Part shown: piece by piece, positions 1-9,648 of the stretch
Numbering within the stretch: the stretch's first letter is position 1
How the letters are laid out: each line of letters begins with the position of its first letter
Assembly: GCA_963668025.2 (NCBI GenBank)
Contig: CAXXTH010000010.1
Location: forward strand, 128,001-192,000
Source: Candidatus Hydrogenedentota bacterium
Lineage (GTDB): Bacteria > Hydrogenedentota > Hydrogenedentia > Hydrogenedentales > SLHB01
Reading direction: 5' to 3'
Length of the DNA stretch: 64,000 nucleotides
Notes under the pieces: generated by a model
Told to the model about the DNA's origin: nothing
Databases searched by the model: none
Seen by the model: the letters and a program-made list of their open reading frames with translations, nothing else
Program-made: the position numbers and the translations under genes

Positions 1-597
1 TTGGAAAGTGCTCCCTTGCACAATGCCGAAAAGGGCCTGGCCGGAAGCCTCGCGGGCCTCCCATTGGGCCTTGCACCGTGCAGCCCACTCCATGGTCTGG
101 CGCATCGAAGCGGCGGCTTTTTCGTAGGTTGCGGGATAATGGGTGCATTCATCGAAGCACATGATGATATCCGCGCCAATGGCGATCTGGATGTCCATGG
201 CCTTCTCGGGGGTCAAGACATGGCGCGAACCATCGATGTGGCTCTGGAAGGTGACGCCCTCGGGCCTGACCTTGGCCATCTGGGCAAGGCTGAACACCTG
301 AAAGCCGCCTGAATCGGTCAAAATCGGCCGGTCCCAATGCATGAAACGGTGGAGGCCCCCCGCTTCTTCGATGATCTCCGTGCCGGGCCGCAGATAAAGA
401 TGGTAGGCATTCGACAAGATGATTTTCGCATTAAGGGCATATAGGTCTTCTTGCGACAGGGCCTTCACGCTGGCCTGGGTGCCCACGGGCATGAAGATGG
501 GCGTCTCGACCACGCCATGAGGCGTGGCGAACCGGCCCGCCCGCGCGGCGCAGCCGGGGTCCGTGGCTTCGAGTATGAATTCAAACGGGCATTTCAT
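1..597 (-). CDS. tgt: tRNA-guanine transglycosylase, 5' part (runs off the window)
   Basis: Not in the ORF track. Manual translation from ATG at 597 gives [45 protein letters not shown]...[11 protein letters not shown]...[13 protein letters not shown]...FDEC...LFGIVQG, which are TGT signature motifs. Confidence 0.95.
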   Translation of the reverse strand, partial: MKCPFEFILEATDPGCAARAGRFATPHGVVETPIFMPVGTQASVKALSQEDLYALNAKIILSNAYHLYLRPGTEIIEEAGGLHRFMHWDRPILTDSGGFQVFSLAQMAKVRPEGVTFQSHIDGSRHVLTPEKAMDIQIAIGADIIMCFDECTHYPATYEKAAASMRQTMEWAARCKAQWEAREASGQALFGIVQGSTFQ

Positions 598-674
598 GGC
601 GCGGGAGTATAGCCCATTCGCAAGCCGTGGGGAAAACTCTGAATCGCTGGACAAGAGAAATGAGGGATGCGCTC

Positions 675-728
675 CCCGTGGCATGGCCGTCTCGGTCATG
701 CACATGGGCGGGACGCCCATGCTACGGG
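675..728. repeat. REP-like inverted doublet, family B (GTGG/GTAG-CATGGGCGTC..GCCCATG)
   Basis: ccgtggcatggccgtctcggtcatg / catgggcgggacgcccatgctacgg; related copies at 24936, 33151 and 41523. Confidence 0.75.
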
Positions 729-978
729 CTCCCACCAAATAGGCGAAATGAGTAATGATAGCGCCGTGGAATGAATGAGCGTGAATATATGTGCTATTTG
801 TATGCACATGAGTGCAAATATCCCGTTTCTTTTGTGATCAGAAAATGCAGGGGAGCGGGGAGGTTCGCAGAACGGGAAAAGACATCGCTGGCTGCTTATG
901 CTATAGTGTGCGGCGCATGGCGCGAAGGCGCTGTGCATAGGCTGTTGGCTCTGGATAAACGCGAACAGGGAAGACGGT

Positions 979-1671
979 ATGGCTAGTGGACTCTGGAAGA
1001 CATTAACCACATCAATTGTCCGCAAACAGCTTGTGGCCCTGACAGGCTTGATGATGATCAGCTTCCTGCTGGCGCATCTGGCGGGTCTTTTCACCCTCTA
1101 TGGCGGCCCAGCGCTTCTGGAGGCCTACTCGAAGAAACTCCATCAATTGGGCCCGCTGCTTTGGATCATGCGCGCCGGCCTGCTCACGGCGGTTTTGACG
1201 CACATGACCTGCACGATCTCGCTGGTGCTCGAAAACCGTGCGGCGCGCGGGATTCCTTATTCCCAAAAAAATGATTTTGGCGGCACCACCTTCGCCAAGC
1301 GGACCATGATCTACACCGGCATCTTGATCGCCTCCTACGTGTGCTTTCACCTCCATGACTTTACCTTTAGCAGCCATGCCGGCCCTTCAAGCATGGTGGA
1401 CGGGCAATCCTACGGCGTGGGCGGCGTAGTGTGGAACGCCTTTGGCAATCCCGCGCACGCCCTATTATATATGGTGGTGGTATGTGTCGTGGGATTGCAT
1501 CTGAGCAACGCCGTGCAGGGCTTTTTACAGACCCTCGGGCTAAGTGATCGCGGCCTCAAGCCCTATCTCATTCTATTCGGCAACATCACGGGCATCGCCG
1601 TGGCCCTTGGCTTCGGCTCGATTCCTGTATACATCCTTCTCACCCATTTGCTAAGCAAGGCGGGAGGCTGA
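979..1671 (+). CDS. sdhC: Succinate dehydrogenase/fumarate reductase cytochrome b subunit
   Basis: Multi-TM protein with His-bearing helices ([22 protein letters not shown]), directly upstream of the flavoprotein subunit. Confidence 0.9.
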   Translation: MASGLWKTLTTSIVRKQLVALTGLMMISFLLAHLAGLFTLYGGPALLEAYSKKLHQLGPLLWIMRAGLLTAVLTHMTCTISLVLENRAARGIPYSQKNDFGGTTFAKRTMIYTGILIASYVCFHLHDFTFSSHAGPSSMVDGQSYGVGGVVWNAFGNPAHALLYMVVVCVVGLHLSNAVQGFLQTLGLSDRGLKPYLILFGNITGIAVALGFGSIPVYILLTHLLSKAGG

Positions 1672-1673
1672 AC

Positions 1674-3587
1674 ATGCTGCTTGATTCCCATGCGCCAGGC
1701 GGCCCGATTCATGAAAAATGGACCCGCCACAAGGCCGATATGAAGCTGGTCAATCCGGCCAATAAACGCAAGCACACCATACTTGTCGTTGGCACGGGCC
1801 TCGCGGGCGCGTCCGCCGCCGCGACTTTGTCGGAATTGGGCTACCACGTCAAGTCTTTCTGCATCCAAGACACCCCCCGCCGCGCCCATAGCATCGCCGC
1901 CCAGGGCGGCATCAACGCCGCAAAAAATTACCAGAACGACGGCGACAGCGTATACCGCTTGTTTTACGATACGATGAAAGGCGGCGACTTCCGTTCACGC
2001 GAGGCCAATGTCCACCGCCTGGCCGAATTGAGCGTACAAATCATCGACCACTGCGTGGCCCAGGGCGTGCCCTTCGCGCGCGAATACGGCGGCCTGCTCG
2101 ATAACCGCTCCTTCGGCGGCGCGCAGGTGAGCCGCACATTCTACGCCCGGGGCCAGACAGGCCAGCAACTGCTGCTCGGGGCCTACAGCGCCATGATGAA
2201 GGAAGCGCATCGCGGCGGCATCGAGCTGTTTACGCGGCATGAATTGCTCGAACTGGTCGTTATTGATGGCAAGGCGCGCGGCATCATCTGCCGCAATCTG
2301 CTGACGGGCGCCCTCGAGCGCCATGTGGGCGATGCCGTCATCCTCGCCACGGGCGGCTACGGCAATGTGTTCTACCTATCGACCAACGCGAAGGCGTCAA
2401 ATGTGACCGCCACATGGCGCGCCCACCAGAAAGGCGCGTTCTTCGCCAATCCGTGCTACACGCAGATCCACCCCACGTGCATCCCCGTCCATGGCGATTA
2501 CCAGGCGAAACTCTCGCTCATGAGCGAAAGCCTGCGCAATGACGGCCGCATCTGGGTGCCCAAAGATCCAAACGACCCGCGCCCGCCAAACCAAATCCCG
2601 GATGCGGATCGTGATTACTACCTCGAACGGCGCTATCCCACGTTCGGCAATCTCGTGCCGCGCGATGTGGCGTCGCGAGCGGCAAAAGCGGAGTGCGACG
2701 CGGGCCGGGGCGTGGGCGATACGAAAATGGCCGTATACCTCGACTTTCGCGACGCCATCGAGCGCTTGGGCAAGGAGGGCATCTTCGCGCGTTACGGCAA
2801 CCTGTTCCAGATGTATGGGCGCATCATGGCGGAAAATCCCTATGAAACACCCATGATGATCTACCCCGCCGTCCATTACGCCATGGGCGGCCTATGGGTG
2901 GACTACCACCTCATGAGCAACCTGCCTGGATTGCACGTCTTGGGCGAGGCGAATTTCTCGGACCACGGCGCGAACCGCCTGGGCGCGAGCGCCCTCATGC
3001 AAGGCCTGGCCGACGGCTACTTCATCATCCCCTACACGCTGGGCCATTACCTCGCCACCACCGCCCTGGATAAGGTGGACACGGACCACCCCGAGTTTGC
3101 CGCCGCCGAAGAGGCCGCACGACAGCGGACGAACCGCCTGCTCGCCATTAAAGGCCGCAAGACCACCGACGAATTCCACCGTGAATTGGGCCTGCTGCTC
3201 TGGGACAAGTGCGGCATGTCGCGCAACCGCACCGGACTCCAGGAAGCCCTCGAACGCATCCCCGCCTTGCGCGAAGAATTCTGGGAGAACGCCATCGTGC
3301 CCGGCGCGGGTGAAACCTTCAACCAAAGCCTAGAGAAAGCCGGGCGCGTGGCCGATTTTCTCGAATTCGCCGAATTGATGGTCCGCGACGCCCTCCACCG
3401 CGAGGAATCCTGCGGCGCGCATTTCCGCGAGGAATACCAGACCGAAGACGGCGAAGCCCTCCGCAACGACGAAGATTTTTGTTACGTAGCGGCGTGGGAG
3501 TTCAAGGGCAAAGATAAGCAACCTTTGCTGCACAAAGAGCCCCTCGATTTTGAAGAGGCGCATCTCGCCACACGGAGTTATAAGTAA
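1674..3587 (+). CDS. sdhA: Succinate dehydrogenase/fumarate reductase flavoprotein subunit
   Basis: GTGLAG FAD-binding motif, [13 protein letters not shown] covalent-FAD motif, [21 protein letters not shown]. Confidence 0.96.
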   Translation: MLLDSHAPGGPIHEKWTRHKADMKLVNPANKRKHTILVVGTGLAGASAAATLSELGYHVKSFCIQDTPRRAHSIAAQGGINAAKNYQNDGDSVYRLFYDTMKGGDFRSREANVHRLAELSVQIIDHCVAQGVPFAREYGGLLDNRSFGGAQVSRTFYARGQTGQQLLLGAYSAMMKEAHRGGIELFTRHELLELVVIDGKARGIICRNLLTGALERHVGDAVILATGGYGNVFYLSTNAKASNVTATWRAHQKGAFFANPCYTQIHPTCIPVHGDYQAKLSLMSESLRNDGRIWVPKDPNDPRPPNQIPDADRDYYLERRYPTFGNLVPRDVASRAAKAECDAGRGVGDTKMAVYLDFRDAIERLGKEGIFARYGNLFQMYGRIMAENPYETPMMIYPAVHYAMGGLWVDYHLMSNLPGLHVLGEANFSDHGANRLGASALMQGLADGYFIIPYTLGHYLATTALDKVDTDHPEFAAAEEAARQRTNRLLAIKGRKTTDEFHRELGLLLWDKCGMSRNRTGLQEALERIPALREEFWENAIVPGAGETFNQSLEKAGRVADFLEFAELMVRDALHREESCGAHFREEYQTEDGEALRNDEDFCYVAAWEFKGKDKQPLLHKEPLDFEEAHLATRSYK

Positions 3588-3687
3588 AGCTTTTATCGAT
3601 ATTTATGATTTTTTTGACGTGTTAGAGCCGTTCAAGTTAAAGCAGTTGCTGTTGCTCTCGAGGTTGAATCGCTCTCGTCACGTGTTT

Positions 3688-4632
3688 TCATCCTTTGGCC
3701 ATCCGGAGCACTTCGGCGGCCATTTCCCAGGATTTTATGGGGTCATGGCACGTTTCCGTAGTGCCAATCTGGCCTTTCCAGGCCCACACATACAGGGCAT
3801 CGGGCTTTTCCCGCACCAGGATGCGGCCTTGGTCCAGAATGCGCTGCTCGCGCCCGGCGCGGACTCCCCAGCATTGCAGCCATTCGTGGTGTATCTTGCC
3901 CGTTTCATGGCATAAGGCCGCCAAGTCGCGTATCATGGGGGTCATTTCCTCGACATCGATATCCTCGTTCACCCAGTAGATATCCGTACCCAAATTGTCT
4001 AAAAACTCGATTTGGGACGCTTTCGCCCAGATATCGCGGTCGCAGGGCATGACGCAGCATTGCGTTTCCGTATGGGGAAAACTGGTTTTGCAGAATTCGG
4101 CGATCTCGCGGACATACTCGATCACGCAGCGATGGCGGAATTCGGCGGCTTGGACTTCCTCCGCCGCCCCCAAATCGCCGCCGTACCATTCCATGTAGCG
4201 GGCGCGGCAGGAAGTGCAATAACATTCCCATAACGGGGTGGGCTCATCGACGAAATAGCCCTCGAAACCGAGTTCCGTGGCGGTATGGAGCATCTCTTTA
4301 ATGCGCGCCACGCACAGGCGGTTCACGTAACACCCCGCGGAGCGGTGGGCTCCATCGCGCCCGCGCTGGAATCCCTCGGGATGTTCGAGTAGAAACTGGC
4401 TCGAACGGCCTCCGCCGAACAAGTTGAGAGCGCCCCAAAAAATGGCCAAAGGCCTCAGGCCCATGTCTTTAGCTATTCGCGGCGTGAATTGTATTTTCCC
4501 CGTGAAATGTACGAAATCATTTTCCTGGGCGGATACGAGCACGTCGTCGCATCCCAATTGTTTCATTTCCGCAAGGTCTGTTTTGATGTGGACTGGATTA
4601 TGGTGGCCCATGTAAGAGACGCCCGTACGCAT
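3688..4632 (-). CDS. Hypothetical protein, possible glycoside hydrolase-like TIM barrel
   Basis: Start set at MRTGVSY (SD-like GGGGG upstream). FVDEP followed by CYCTSC resembles the metal-binding segment of GH42-like enzymes; family assignment is uncertain. Confidence 0.55.
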   Translation of the reverse strand: MRTGVSYMGHHNPVHIKTDLAEMKQLGCDDVLVSAQENDFVHFTGKIQFTPRIAKDMGLRPLAIFWGALNLFGGGRSSQFLLEHPEGFQRGRDGAHRSAGCYVNRLCVARIKEMLHTATELGFEGYFVDEPTPLWECYCTSCRARYMEWYGGDLGAAEEVQAAEFRHRCVIEYVREIAEFCKTSFPHTETQCCVMPCDRDIWAKASQIEFLDNLGTDIYWVNEDIDVEEMTPMIRDLAALCHETGKIHHEWLQCWGVRAGREQRILDQGRILVREKPDALYVWAWKGQIGTTETCHDPIKSWEMAAEVLRMAKG

Positions 4633-4932
4633 CTGAATACCCCCTTCTGCCTGCTGCTGGACACAGCGTATTTCATTTGCTTGGAAAACCGCCATGATAC
4701 TCCATGTCGAATGTGAATTCGAATGAAGTTTTTGCTCTGGGCAGCCGTTATATGGGTAGCGCGGATAAGGTGCTGTAGGGTGCTAATATTGCTAAAAACT
4801 TTTAATATTCTGGATTCGCCCTCATTAGTCGGCGATGTGCATAACTTGCGGATTGAACGGCGCGTTCGGGTTGTTATGTAGATGGCGGCGGCGTACGGAT
4901 GACGCCCGGAAACGGCTTGAAAGCTCATATAT

Positions 4933-4961
4933 TAGACTCACGTGCGTTTGGATGTTATACT
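4933..4961 (+). promoter_or_regulatory. sigma-70-type promoter for mcsA
   Basis: TAGACT-N17-TATACT with extended -10 TG, just upstream of the GGAGGT SD and ATG at 4983. Confidence 0.55.
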
Positions 4962-4982
4962 ATATGCAAGGAGGTATGCGGC

Positions 4983-5648
4983 ATGATTTGCCAGAAATGC
5001 CATAAGAATTTGGCTACAATGCGGTACGCGGAGGTCATCAAAGGCCGTGTGTCTGAGCTGATGATCTGTGCGTCCTGCTATGCCTCCATGTCTCAAGATG
5101 AAACGGCGGGCTTTGAGATCGCCGGCACGGCTCCTTCGCCGCGAATGAAAACGCTCCGGCGTGCCACACGAAATGCGGACCAGGAAAAAACAAAACTGGT
5201 GTGCGGTACGTGCCAGACAGCGGGGAGCGAGGTGCTGGAGACGCATCGCGCCGGATGCAGCGCTTGTTATGAGGAGTTTCGGGAGATACTCGCGCCTGTG
5301 CTCGAAGAGCTCCATGGGGCCGCCCGCCATCGGGGCCGGACAGCCCATATCGACACGGTGCGCGCACGCCTTCGGGCGGATTTGCTCATGCGGCGCTCGC
5401 TGTTGCGTAGCGCCCTGCAAAGCGAACAATACGAGGAGGCGGCCTGCCTTCGTGACGCCATACGGGATATTGAAAACAGCTTGAACCAGCCCGAGGCCGA
5501 AACGGAACGGGTAAAATGCGCCTTGTGTGGAGCGGCGATTGACGAACCCGGCAAGATGTTCTGCCCAGCTTGCCAGACTTCTCTGGTGAAAAACGTTTTT
5601 AAGACGGCTTCGCCGTTGGGGCACGCCCGGCAAAGCGGAAAGGACTGA
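4983..5648 (+). CDS. mcsA: McsA-like zinc-binding/UVR-domain protein with an extra C-terminal CxxC..CxxC finger
   Basis: MICQKC..ICASC..CGTC..GCSACY, UVR motif EQYEEAACLRDAIR, located upstream of mcsB-clpC; GGAGGT SD. Confidence 0.85.
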   Translation: MICQKCHKNLATMRYAEVIKGRVSELMICASCYASMSQDETAGFEIAGTAPSPRMKTLRRATRNADQEKTKLVCGTCQTAGSEVLETHRAGCSACYEEFREILAPVLEELHGAARHRGRTAHIDTVRARLRADLLMRRSLLRSALQSEQYEEAACLRDAIRDIENSLNQPEAETERVKCALCGAAIDEPGKMFCPACQTSLVKNVFKTASPLGHARQSGKD

Positions 5649-5654
5649 CGCATT

Positions 5655-6698
5655 ATGCACGAAGTCCTACTAGATCAGCCAGTGGAATGGCTTGCGGGCG
5701 GCGGTCCCGATTCCGATGTGGCCCTGCATTCACATGGCGCGCTTGCGCGTAATGTGGCGGGCTATCCGTTTGTCCAAAAATGTACGGAATTCGAGCTACG
5801 CGCCATTGAAGAGCGGATCCTTGGCATACTCGAGAGCGAAGATACTTCCGCCCGTGAGCGCTACTATTCCTTTGACGGTTTGAGCAGCCTTGCCCAGCGC
5901 TGCTTGGTCGAGCGCGGCCTTGCGAGCGAAGCGCTTATTGAAGCGGCGGGACCCCGGGGCGTATTGGTAGCCGAAAATCAAAGCGCCAGCATTTCCATCA
6001 ATGGCGGCGAGCACATCGTGTTGCAGGCTTTAACGCCTGGTTTGCAGCCCCAAGAGGTTTGGCAGCAGCTTGGCGCGATGGAATCCGTGTTGTTAAATCC
6101 GCTGGATGCGGCGTTTGATGAAACCTATGGTTTTTTAACTGCTTCGCTCGAACTGCTGGGCACGGGTCTGTCCTTGGAGGTGCTGCTTCACTTGCCCGCC
6201 TTGGCGATGACTGGGCGGCTGATGAAAGTGGAGCGGGAGGCGCGCAGCATGCGCCAGCGCCTCGAGGGCGCTTTTGGCCCAGTGAGTGAAGGCCCGGGAG
6301 ATTTGTATTATCTCAAAAACGCGGCGACGCTCGGTGTTTCCGAGGAAGAGATCGTGTTTCATCTGCGCCATGCCGCCGCGGCGATCATTGGCCAGGAGAG
6401 GCTTGCGCGCCGCACACTGCTGGATGAAGGGCGCACTAGCCTCGAGGACCGCGTAGGCCGGGCGCTCGGATTGGCGCGCGGTGCGCGGCTGCTCGAGTTT
6501 GAAGAAGCGCTGGCCATTCTCTCGTCGCTCAGATTGGGCGCGGTGGCGGGCCTGCTCGAGCATATCGAGCCTAAAATGCTCAACGAAATGCTCTTGCTGT
6601 CACATCCCGCCCATATTCAGATGAAGCTCGGCGGCGAAGTGGATGCGCTCCGGCAAAGCATCGAGCGCGCCGAGTTGTTTCGCAGCCGCCTGGCGTAA
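5655..6698 (+). CDS. mcsB: McsB-like ATP:guanido phosphotransferase-family protein, catalytic motifs degenerate
   Basis: LARNVAGYPF, LVER, GFLT..GTGL...LHLP, LEDRVGRALG, LSSLRLG and C-terminal RAELFR match the McsB scaffold; synteny with mcsA and clpC. Confidence 0.8.
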   Translation: MHEVLLDQPVEWLAGGGPDSDVALHSHGALARNVAGYPFVQKCTEFELRAIEERILGILESEDTSARERYYSFDGLSSLAQRCLVERGLASEALIEAAGPRGVLVAENQSASISINGGEHIVLQALTPGLQPQEVWQQLGAMESVLLNPLDAAFDETYGFLTASLELLGTGLSLEVLLHLPALAMTGRLMKVEREARSMRQRLEGAFGPVSEGPGDLYYLKNAATLGVSEEEIVFHLRHAAAAIIGQERLARRTLLDEGRTSLEDRVGRALGLARGARLLEFEEALAILSSLRLGAVAGLLEHIEPKMLNEMLLLSHPAHIQMKLGGEVDALRQSIERAELFRSRLA

Positions 6699-6824
6699 GG
6701 CTTGTCTGCCTGGCGCTGGCGATTGCACTTTTTTTGTTAACCGCATATGGACATAAATTAACATAGCGCGGCATAGCCGCAACCAAAGAGCCGGATGTTG
6801 AGACCACTAAATACACTAAAATTT

Positions 6825-6854
6825 GTAGGGTGGGGCTTGCCCCACCGCTCAAGG
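6825..6854 (+). repeat. REP-like palindrome, family A (GTAGGGTGGGGCTTGCCCCACC), preceded by a 9-bp-periodic arm at 6803-6824
   Basis: Nearly identical to the reverse complement of 18994-19023. Confidence 0.75.
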
Positions 6855-7179
6855 AATACGCCTATATAGTCCAAACATAACTATTTGATATGCAAGGTTT
6901 TATCAGGAAAATCTTCGCTAGAAAACGACATCCTGAAAGATAGTAGTGCGAATGTAGAATAGGCTTGGTGGGTTTTCCCCGTCTTTCAGCAATAACGCTA
7001 TGGTGGGCTGAGCCTTATCATAAGATTCTCAAGAATCGGTATGATCCGTGGATTATGATATTCTGTCATCTCGTGAAAATGGATGCCCTATGATACGAAG
7101 GCGTTGTAGCAGGCGCGGTGTAATGCAACTCGTGAAAGCTTCTAGACGCCTTCTGATGTAAGAAAGGAACCACACAGCC

Positions 7180-9648
7180 ATGTGGGAACGATTTACCGAA
7201 CGCGCGAAACACGTGGTCAACGCCGCACGCGAGGAAGCTATCCGTTTGGGCAGCGAATACGTGCGCACGGAGCATATCCTGCTCGGGCTGTGCCATGAGC
7301 CGGAAGGCATCGCGGCGCGTGCGCTCGATAGCTTGGGCGTGGATATTAGCGGGCTTTCCATGGAGATCGAGAGCCAGGTCACCCGTGGCAATGCCGTGAT
7401 CTCGAGCGAAGAGATCAATTTTACGCCCCGCGCTAAAAAAGTGCTCGAACTCGCCGTCGAGGAGGCGCGCAATCTCAACCATAATTATATTGGCACCGAG
7501 CATATTCTCCTTGGCTTGATAAAAGAAGGGGAAGGCATCGCGGCTAAAGTGTTGCAAGAGATGAATATAGGCCTTGACCGGCTGCAGAATGAAGTGCTCC
7601 GGCTGTTGGGCGAACAGGCCAAGCCGGGTGCGGGAGCAAGCGCGCAAGCCTCCACTAGCAAGAAATCATCGACTCCCGCCCTTGATACCTTCGGCCGGGA
7701 TCTTACCGTGTTGGCCCAGGAAGGCAAATTAGATCCCGTCATCGGCCGCGAATCGGAGATCGAACGGGTAATCCAAGTGCTGTCCCGGCGCACCAAGAAT
7801 AATCCCGTGTTGATTGGCGAGGCGGGCGTCGGCAAAACCGCCATCGTCGAGGGATTGGCCCAAGCCATCGTCAACGGCGACGTGCCGGATCTGCTTTTGG
7901 GCAAGCGCGTCTTAACACTTGACCTTGCCGGTGTCGTGGCGGGCACGAAATATCGCGGGCAATTTGAAGAACGCCTCAAATCCGTCATGAAAGAAATCCG
8001 CCGCGCGGATAACGTCATTCTTTTCATTGATGAATTGCATACCATCGTGGGCGCAGGAGCGGCGGAAGGCGCCGTGGACGCGGCCAACATGCTCAAGCCA
8101 TCGCTGGCGCGGGGCGAACTGCAATGCATCGGCGCCACCACCATGGACGAGTACCGCAAGCAGATCGAGAAAGATGCGGCGCTTGCCCGCCGCTTCCAGA
8201 CCATCATCGTAGAAGCGCCAAGTGTGGACCAGACTATCGAGATTATCAAAGGTTTGCGGGACAAGTATGAGGCGCACCACCGGGTGAAGTTCTCCGATGG
8301 AGCCGTGGTCGCGGCGGCGAAACTCTCGAACCAATACATCACCGACCGCTTCCTTCCCGATAAGGCCGTGGATGTGATTGACGAGGCGGGAAGCCGCGCC
8401 CGCCTTCAAATCACCACGCGCCCGTCCGCCCTCAAGGAAATCGAGCGCGAGATCGAGGGCATCACTAAAGAAAAAGAAGTGGCCATTCGAAACCAGGAAT
8501 ATGAAAAAGCCGCTTCGTTGCGCGACCGCGAGCGCCACCTTATCTCGGAATTGGAAGAGAAGCGCCGGGAATGGGAGCGCAAGCGCGATTCATCCGAAAC
8601 CATTGTCAACGAAGAGGATATCGCATATATCGTGTCTAAGTGGACCGGCGTGCCTCTCACGAAGATCGAAGAAAAAGAATCCGAGCGGCTGCTCCGGATG
8701 CGCGACGAATTGCATCATTCGATCATTGGGCAGGAAAAAGCTATTGATGCGGTCACGCGGGCCATCCAGCGTTCGCGGGCGGGCTTGCGCAATGCGCGGC
8801 GTCCGGTGGGTTCATTTCTATTCCTCGGCCCCACGGGCGTAGGCAAGACCTTGCTGGCGCGTACGCTGGCGTCGTTTCTTTTCGGTAATGAAGAAGCGTT
8901 GATCACCATTGATATGTCCGAATACATGGAGAAATTCGCCGTGTCGCGCCTGGCGGGCGCGCCTCCAGGATATGTGGGCTACAACGAAGGCGGCCAGCTC
9001 ACCGAGCAGGTGCGCCGCAGGCCCTATTCGGTGGTGCTGTTCGACGAGATCGAGAAAGCCCATCCGGATGTGTTCAATGTGTTGTTGCAGGTGCTCGAGG
9101 ATGGGCATATGACCGACGCCACGGGGCGCAAAGTGGATTTCCGCAACGCCGTCATCGTCATGACAAGTAACGTGGGAGCGAGGCGCATCGGGCGCAATAT
9201 CACATTGGGCTTCCAGAAGGATTCCATGGAGGATCAATATGCCTCTATGAGCGACCGCGTGATGGAGGAAGTCAAGAAAGTATTCAATCCGGAATTTCTG
9301 AACCGGGTGGACGAAGTGGTGGTTTTCCATCATCTGACCCACGAGGATCTCCTTGCCATTGTTGACATTCATGTGGGCGAAGTGATAGAACGAGTCAAAG
9401 ATAAGGGGCTACTTCTATCACTGTCTGCCGTTGCAAAAGAGTTTATTATTCAAAAAGGCAGCGATGAGCAGTATGGTGCGCGGCCGTTGCGGCGAGCGGT
9501 GCAGCAGTATGTCGAAGACCCCTTATCCGAGCTGCTGCTAAAAGGGGCCTTCGTATCTGGAATGGAAATAGAGGTTCGTCCTTCGGAGGACGAGGAGAGG
9601 TTATTCTTCACTCCAGTCGTGGCCGTTACGGAAGGTGTGCCCACTTGA
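7180..9648 (+). CDS. clpC: ATP-dependent Clp protease ATP-binding subunit ClpC
   Basis: Two Clp-N repeats (TEHILLGL), Walker A motifs GEAGVGKT and [11 protein letters not shown] coiled coil, GAPPGYVGY. Confidence 0.96.
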   Translation: MWERFTERAKHVVNAAREEAIRLGSEYVRTEHILLGLCHEPEGIAARALDSLGVDISGLSMEIESQVTRGNAVISSEEINFTPRAKKVLELAVEEARNLNHNYIGTEHILLGLIKEGEGIAAKVLQEMNIGLDRLQNEVLRLLGEQAKPGAGASAQASTSKKSSTPALDTFGRDLTVLAQEGKLDPVIGRESEIERVIQVLSRRTKNNPVLIGEAGVGKTAIVEGLAQAIVNGDVPDLLLGKRVLTLDLAGVVAGTKYRGQFEERLKSVMKEIRRADNVILFIDELHTIVGAGAAEGAVDAANMLKPSLARGELQCIGATTMDEYRKQIEKDAALARRFQTIIVEAPSVDQTIEIIKGLRDKYEAHHRVKFSDGAVVAAAKLSNQYITDRFLPDKAVDVIDEAGSRARLQITTRPSALKEIEREIEGITKEKEVAIRNQEYEKAASLRDRERHLISELEEKRREWERKRDSSETIVNEEDIAYIVSKWTGVPLTKIEEKESERLLRMRDELHHSIIGQEKAIDAVTRAIQRSRAGLRNARRPVGSFLFLGPTGVGKTLLARTLASFLFGNEEALITIDMSEYMEKFAVSRLAGAPPGYVGYNEGGQLTEQVRRRPYSVVLFDEIEKAHPDVFNVLLQVLEDGHMTDATGRKVDFRNAVIVMTSNVGARRIGRNITLGFQKDSMEDQYASMSDRVMEEVKKVFNPEFLNRVDEVVVFHHLTHEDLLAIVDIHVGEVIERVKDKGLLLSLSAVAKEFIIQKGSDEQYGARPLRRAVQQYVEDPLSELLLKGAFVSGMEIEVRPSEDEERLFFTPVVAVTEGVPT

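Noticed and set aside
4696-4982. ctsR gene, CtsR box or CIRCE element upstream of mcsA
   Set aside because: No suitable ORF and no convincing heptad repeat or TTAGCACTC-N9-GAGTGCTAA match.
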